A stretch of 64,000 nt of DNA from Myxococcota bacterium (GTDB lineage: Bacteria > Myxococcota_A > UBA796 > CAJQPC01). A model generated the notes under the pieces. The model was not told the DNA's origin. It did no database searches and saw only the letters and a program-made list of their open reading frames with translations. Where the stretch lies: assembly GCA_036229005.1 (NCBI GenBank), contig JAZAMN010000052.1:32001-96000 (forward strand), read 5' to 3'. Shown here one piece after another: positions 60,511-64,000 of the stretch (positions within the stretch are counted from its first letter, which is position 1; every line of letters begins with the position of its first letter). Position numbers and translations under genes: made by a program.

Positions 60511-61862
60511 TGGCCGCCCTGCGCCGTAGCCACGCCCTGGAGGGGCTGCAGTGCGCCCGCCGCCTCTGGTGGGGGCAGCGAGAGCCCCGCGCGCCCCACG
60601 TCCCGGACCCCCTGAGCCCGGCCGAGCAGGTGCACGCCGCCGCGCGGGAGGAGTTCCCCGACGGCGTGCGCATCCCCCAGTCATTGAGCTGGGATCAGGC
60701 GCTGGAGCAGACCCGCCAGGCCCTGGAGAGCGAGCGCGTGGTGTTCCGCGGGGCGCTGGAGGGCGCCGGTCTGCAGACCCGCCCCGACATCCTGCTGCGC
60801 CTCCCCAAGGGCGGCTGGCGCCTGATGCGGGTGAAGGCGGCCACCAAGATCCGCCGCGTCCACGTGCGCGAGCTGGCCCTGGAGTGGCTGGCCTGCGAGG
60901 CCCTGGGCATGGACATCCGCGAGGCCGGCGTGCTGCACCTGAACCGCCGCCACCGCCCAGAGCGCAACGAACCTCTGCTGCGCTTCTCCGACCGCAGCGA
61001 CAGCGTGCGCGAGCAGCTCCCCGAGCTCCCCGCCGAGCTGGAGGCCCTGCGCGCTGAGCTCGCCTTGGAGGAGGCCCCCGAGGCCCTGCCCGGCCGCCGC
61101 TGCTACTGGCCGCGCCCCTGCCCCTACCTGCGCCGCTGCAAGGCCCCCGAGCCCATCGAGCTGCCCGACGGCCCCGGCCCCCACGCCGCCATGGTGCGCG
61201 CCGCCCAGGAGCGGGAGACCCTGCTCGTCCTGCCCTCGCTCCGGGAGAAGATCCAGGCGGAGAGCGCGTACTTCCTGGATTTCGAGGCGGTGTCCCCGCC
61301 CATTCCGCGCTTCGAGGGCTGCCGCCCCTTCTCCACCCTGCCCGTGCAGTTCAGCCTGCACCGCCTGGAGGGCGACCAGCTCAGCCACGTGGACTTCCTG
61401 CACCGGGACCCCAGCGACCCCCGCCCTCCCCTGGCCCGGGCCCTGCTCGCCGCGCTGGAGCGCCCCGGCCCCATCTTTGTGTGGGGGGAGTTCGAGTCGC
61501 GCGTGATCCGCAAGCTCGGTCAGCACGAGCCGGAGCTGGCCCCCAGGCTCCAAGCCCTGGTGCACCGCCTGCGGGACCTGCAGGTGCTCGCGCGGGCCGG
61601 CGCCTGGCACCCGGGGTTCAGCGGCTCGTGGTCCATCAAGCGGGTCCTCCCTGTCCTCGCTCCGGGACACAGCTACGACGGGCTGGAGCTCAGCGACGGG
61701 GGTCAAGCGGTGCAGGCCTGGACCCACATGCAGCACGAGCGCACCTCCCCCGAGAGGAGAGAGGCTCTGGCGCGGAGCCTGCTGGCCTACTGCAACATGG
61801 ACACTCTGGCCCTGGTCCACATCCGAGAGGCTCTGCTCGCCGCCGAGGTCTTCATAGGGTGA
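60510..61862 (+). CDS. DUF2779-domain protein (Cas4-like N-terminus plus RNase H/DnaQ-like domain)
   Basis: TGATG coupling; LQCARRLW, RPDILL, C.....C.....C; YFLDFE, PVQFSLH, DPR, SWSIKRVLP, YCNMDT. Confidence 0.85.
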   Translation: MAALRRSHALEGLQCARRLWWGQREPRAPHVPDPLSPAEQVHAAAREEFPDGVRIPQSLSWDQALEQTRQALESERVVFRGALEGAGLQTRPDILLRLPKGGWRLMRVKAATKIRRVHVRELALEWLACEALGMDIREAGVLHLNRRHRPERNEPLLRFSDRSDSVREQLPELPAELEALRAELALEEAPEALPGRRCYWPRPCPYLRRCKAPEPIELPDGPGPHAAMVRAAQERETLLVLPSLREKIQAESAYFLDFEAVSPPIPRFEGCRPFSTLPVQFSLHRLEGDQLSHVDFLHRDPSDPRPPLARALLAALERPGPIFVWGEFESRVIRKLGQHEPELAPRLQALVHRLRDLQVLARAGAWHPGFSGSWSIKRVLPVLAPGHSYDGLELSDGGQAVQAWTHMQHERTSPERREALARSLLAYCNMDTLALVHIREALLAAEVFIG

Positions 61863-61903
61863 CCGGCCAACTGTGCTAGCCTGCCGGGCGGAGGACTCTG
61901 GGA

Positions 61904-63697
61904 ATGACCCTGCTTTGGATGCTTGCCTGCTTTCAGACCTGGACGGCCGAGAGCACCTGTCAGCAGGTCGTGCTCTTTGAGGACGCCGACGGTGACGGCC
62001 ATGGCGGTAGCGAGCGCTTTGCGGGGTGCCTGTCCGACTCCCCCTTCGCGGCCAGCGCGGAGAGCGACGACGACTGCGACGACAGCGACCCCGACGTGCA
62101 CCCGGGCGCGGCCGAGATCTGTGACGGCGTCGACCAGGACTGCGACGGCGCGGTGGACAACGGGGCGCAGCAGACCTTCTACGCAGACACCGACAGCGAC
62201 GGCTACGGCGACAGCGCCGAGAGCCACGTGGGCTGTGAGGCCGATGTCCCCTACGAGCGCTGGAGCCTGGAGCCCGGAGACTGCGACGACAGCCTGGCCA
62301 GCGTGCACCCCGGCGCCGACGAGCTCTGCGACGGCGTCGACCAGGACTGCGATGGCACCCCCGACAACGACGCCATCGACGCCACCAGCTACTACGGCGA
62401 CGCCGACGGGGATGGCTACGGGGACCCCGGCACGGTGGCCCTGCACTGCAGCGACCCGGGCACGCTGTGGTCGCTCAGCGCGGACGACTGCGACGACGGC
62501 GACAACAAGATCCACCCGGGGGCCAAGGAGATCTGCGACAACGGCGTGATGGAGGATTGCCTGGGCGGGGGCCTGGAGACCTGCCGGCTGGCCGGGGAGT
62601 ACAGCAGCTCCGACTACAGCGAATACACCCGCCTGGCCTGGCAGTCCGACGGACTGGCCGTCGCCATCGGCGAGATCAACGGCAGCTCGGGCCTGGACGT
62701 GGTGATCGTCAGCACCGCCAACACCGTGGCCTGGCTGGACGGCCTGAGCGAAGTCGTGGGCACCAGCACGCTCACCACCATGTCCCCCAGCGTGGCCATC
62801 GGGGAGCTGACCGGCAGCGAGCCCTCCGACCTGCTGATGGCCTCCTGTGAGTCCGGGAAGCTGTACCACCAGCCCGGCCCCCTGGACTACCCCAACCCCG
62901 AAGACGCCGACCCCATCGACATCGCGTGCGGCGGCGAGATCCTGCAGCTCGCGGTGGCCAGCGAGACCGCAGACGGCCCTCTGGCGGTGGTCGGGCACCC
63001 CTCCCCCGGCAAGTCCCTGGTGGCCGGCAGCGTGGAGCTCATCGGCGGAGACTGGAGCAGCGGCGCCGAGTCCCTGGTGCGGGTGACCGGCGAAGCCTCC
63101 AGCGACCTGGGGCGCAGCCTCTTGGTGGAGGACCTGAACGCTGACGGCGTGGACGACATCGTCGTGGCGGCCCAGGGCCAGCTCTACCTCCTCCAGGACG
63201 GGCTCTCGGGCGGCCTGGGGATCGCCGACAGCTACGCGCTCACCGCCAAGGTCCCCAACGAGATCCGCGCCCTCGCGCCGGCGGGCGATGCGCTGGGCGA
63301 CGGCAACCAGGGGCTCTGGATCGGCACCAGCCAGGGCGTCTGGCTCTGGGACGGCAAGGTCGGGGACGTGCAGGAGCTGGGCGTGCAGCTCGTCACCACC
63401 AAGATCACCGCCAGCGGCCAGCTCAGCGGCGGCGTGGACGTGGACAGCGACGGCCACGGGGACCTGCTGCTCGCGGGCTACGACCTCAGCTACGACGAGA
63501 CGGTCGCCCTCTTCCATGGCCCCTTCACCTCGGGCGCCTTCGAGCCCGAGGCCCTGATCGTGCACAGGGACGTCGACGCCTTCGGGAGTCAGGTCCTGCT
63601 CACCCCCGACCTCACCGGGGACGCCTCGGGTGACCTGCTCGTGACCGCCAACGGTGACCGCCCCGAGGTCTTCCTCTACGCAGGCGGTGGACTCTGA
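61904..63697 (+). CDS. Lipoprotein with three DCDD metal-binding (MopE-like) repeats and FG-GAP/integrin-like repeats
   Basis: D.DGDG.G...DCDD....HPGA.E.CDG.DQDC three times; DLNADGVDDI, DVDSDGHGDLL, DLTGD..GDLL. Confidence 0.88.
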   Translation: MTLLWMLACFQTWTAESTCQQVVLFEDADGDGHGGSERFAGCLSDSPFAASAESDDDCDDSDPDVHPGAAEICDGVDQDCDGAVDNGAQQTFYADTDSDGYGDSAESHVGCEADVPYERWSLEPGDCDDSLASVHPGADELCDGVDQDCDGTPDNDAIDATSYYGDADGDGYGDPGTVALHCSDPGTLWSLSADDCDDGDNKIHPGAKEICDNGVMEDCLGGGLETCRLAGEYSSSDYSEYTRLAWQSDGLAVAIGEINGSSGLDVVIVSTANTVAWLDGLSEVVGTSTLTTMSPSVAIGELTGSEPSDLLMASCESGKLYHQPGPLDYPNPEDADPIDIACGGEILQLAVASETADGPLAVVGHPSPGKSLVAGSVELIGGDWSSGAESLVRVTGEASSDLGRSLLVEDLNADGVDDIVVAAQGQLYLLQDGLSGGLGIADSYALTAKVPNEIRALAPAGDALGDGNQGLWIGTSQGVWLWDGKVGDVQELGVQLVTTKITASGQLSGGVDVDSDGHGDLLLAGYDLSYDETVALFHGPFTSGAFEPEALIVHRDVDAFGSQVLLTPDLTGDASGDLLVTANGDRPEVFLYAGGGL

Positions 63698-64000
63698 GTC
63701 CCCAGCCCACCCGGCACCGACTGGTGAACCGGGACGGGACCGTCTCCCGCCTCAAGGGCGCGGAGGCCCCCGGCGCGCTGCTGGACGTCTACCACCAGAT
63801 GCTCCAGATCCACTGGGGCGGCTTCCTGGCGGTGCTGGCCGCTGGCTACTTTGGCCTGAACACCGCCTTCGCCCTGCTCTACGGCCTGGACCCCGCCGGC
63901 CTGCCAGGCGCCGAGGGCTTCAACGACTTCTTCAACTTCTCGATCCAGACCTTCGCCACCATCGGCTACGGCGTGCTGTCCCCGGCCAGCACCTACGTCA
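63694..64000 (+). CDS. Inward-rectifier K+ channel (KirBac), truncated by window end
   Basis: Not in ORF track. RLVNRDG, DVYHQML..HW..F, FALLY, FFNFSIQTFATIGYG (filter at 63958-63972). Start is CTG at 63694 (CTGA overlap) or GTG at 63724. Confidence 0.9.
   Translation, partial: MSPQPTRHRLVNRDGTVSRLKGAEAPGALLDVYHQMLQIHWGGFLAVLAAGYFGLNTAFALLYGLDPAGLPGAEGFNDFFNFSIQTFATIGYGVLSPASTYV

Noticed and set aside
59806..61862. Prophage or integrative element around the primase gene
   Set aside because: No integrase, structural genes, att-like repeats or visible composition shift.

Overview
Very GC-rich, gene-dense bacterial DNA. A MYXO-CTERM-like tail, Cys/Asp-rich metal-binding repeats and a DUF1501 operon suggest a Myxococcota-like organism (inference). 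About 56 real CDS can be picked out of many shadow ORFs. They include a SWIM-SNF2 helicase, prolyl oligopeptidase, two TetR divergons with palindromic operators, HtrA, FabH, two tandem Pol-beta nucleotidyltransferases, a histidine kinase, SlyX, a KirBac channel and many exported proteins. No rRNA, tRNA or CRISPR was seen. Family names come from motif recognition by eye, not database searches. Best leads: (1) a RAYT-type HUH transposase next to two opposed 31-bp tandem arrays that pair only in conserved blocks, with a second locus of different sequence but the same architecture at 14.0-14.3 kb; (2) a 2326-aa protein with three DUF4157 domains (one HExxH, two EELHH) and a duplicated ~800-aa module, followed by a candidate immunity gene; (3) 15 lipoproteins with very short, K/R-free signal peptides; (4) a coupled primase-polymerase plus Cas4-like/DUF2779 gene pair; (5) signs of leaderless mRNAs and CTG starts; (6) several apparent pseudo-enzymes.
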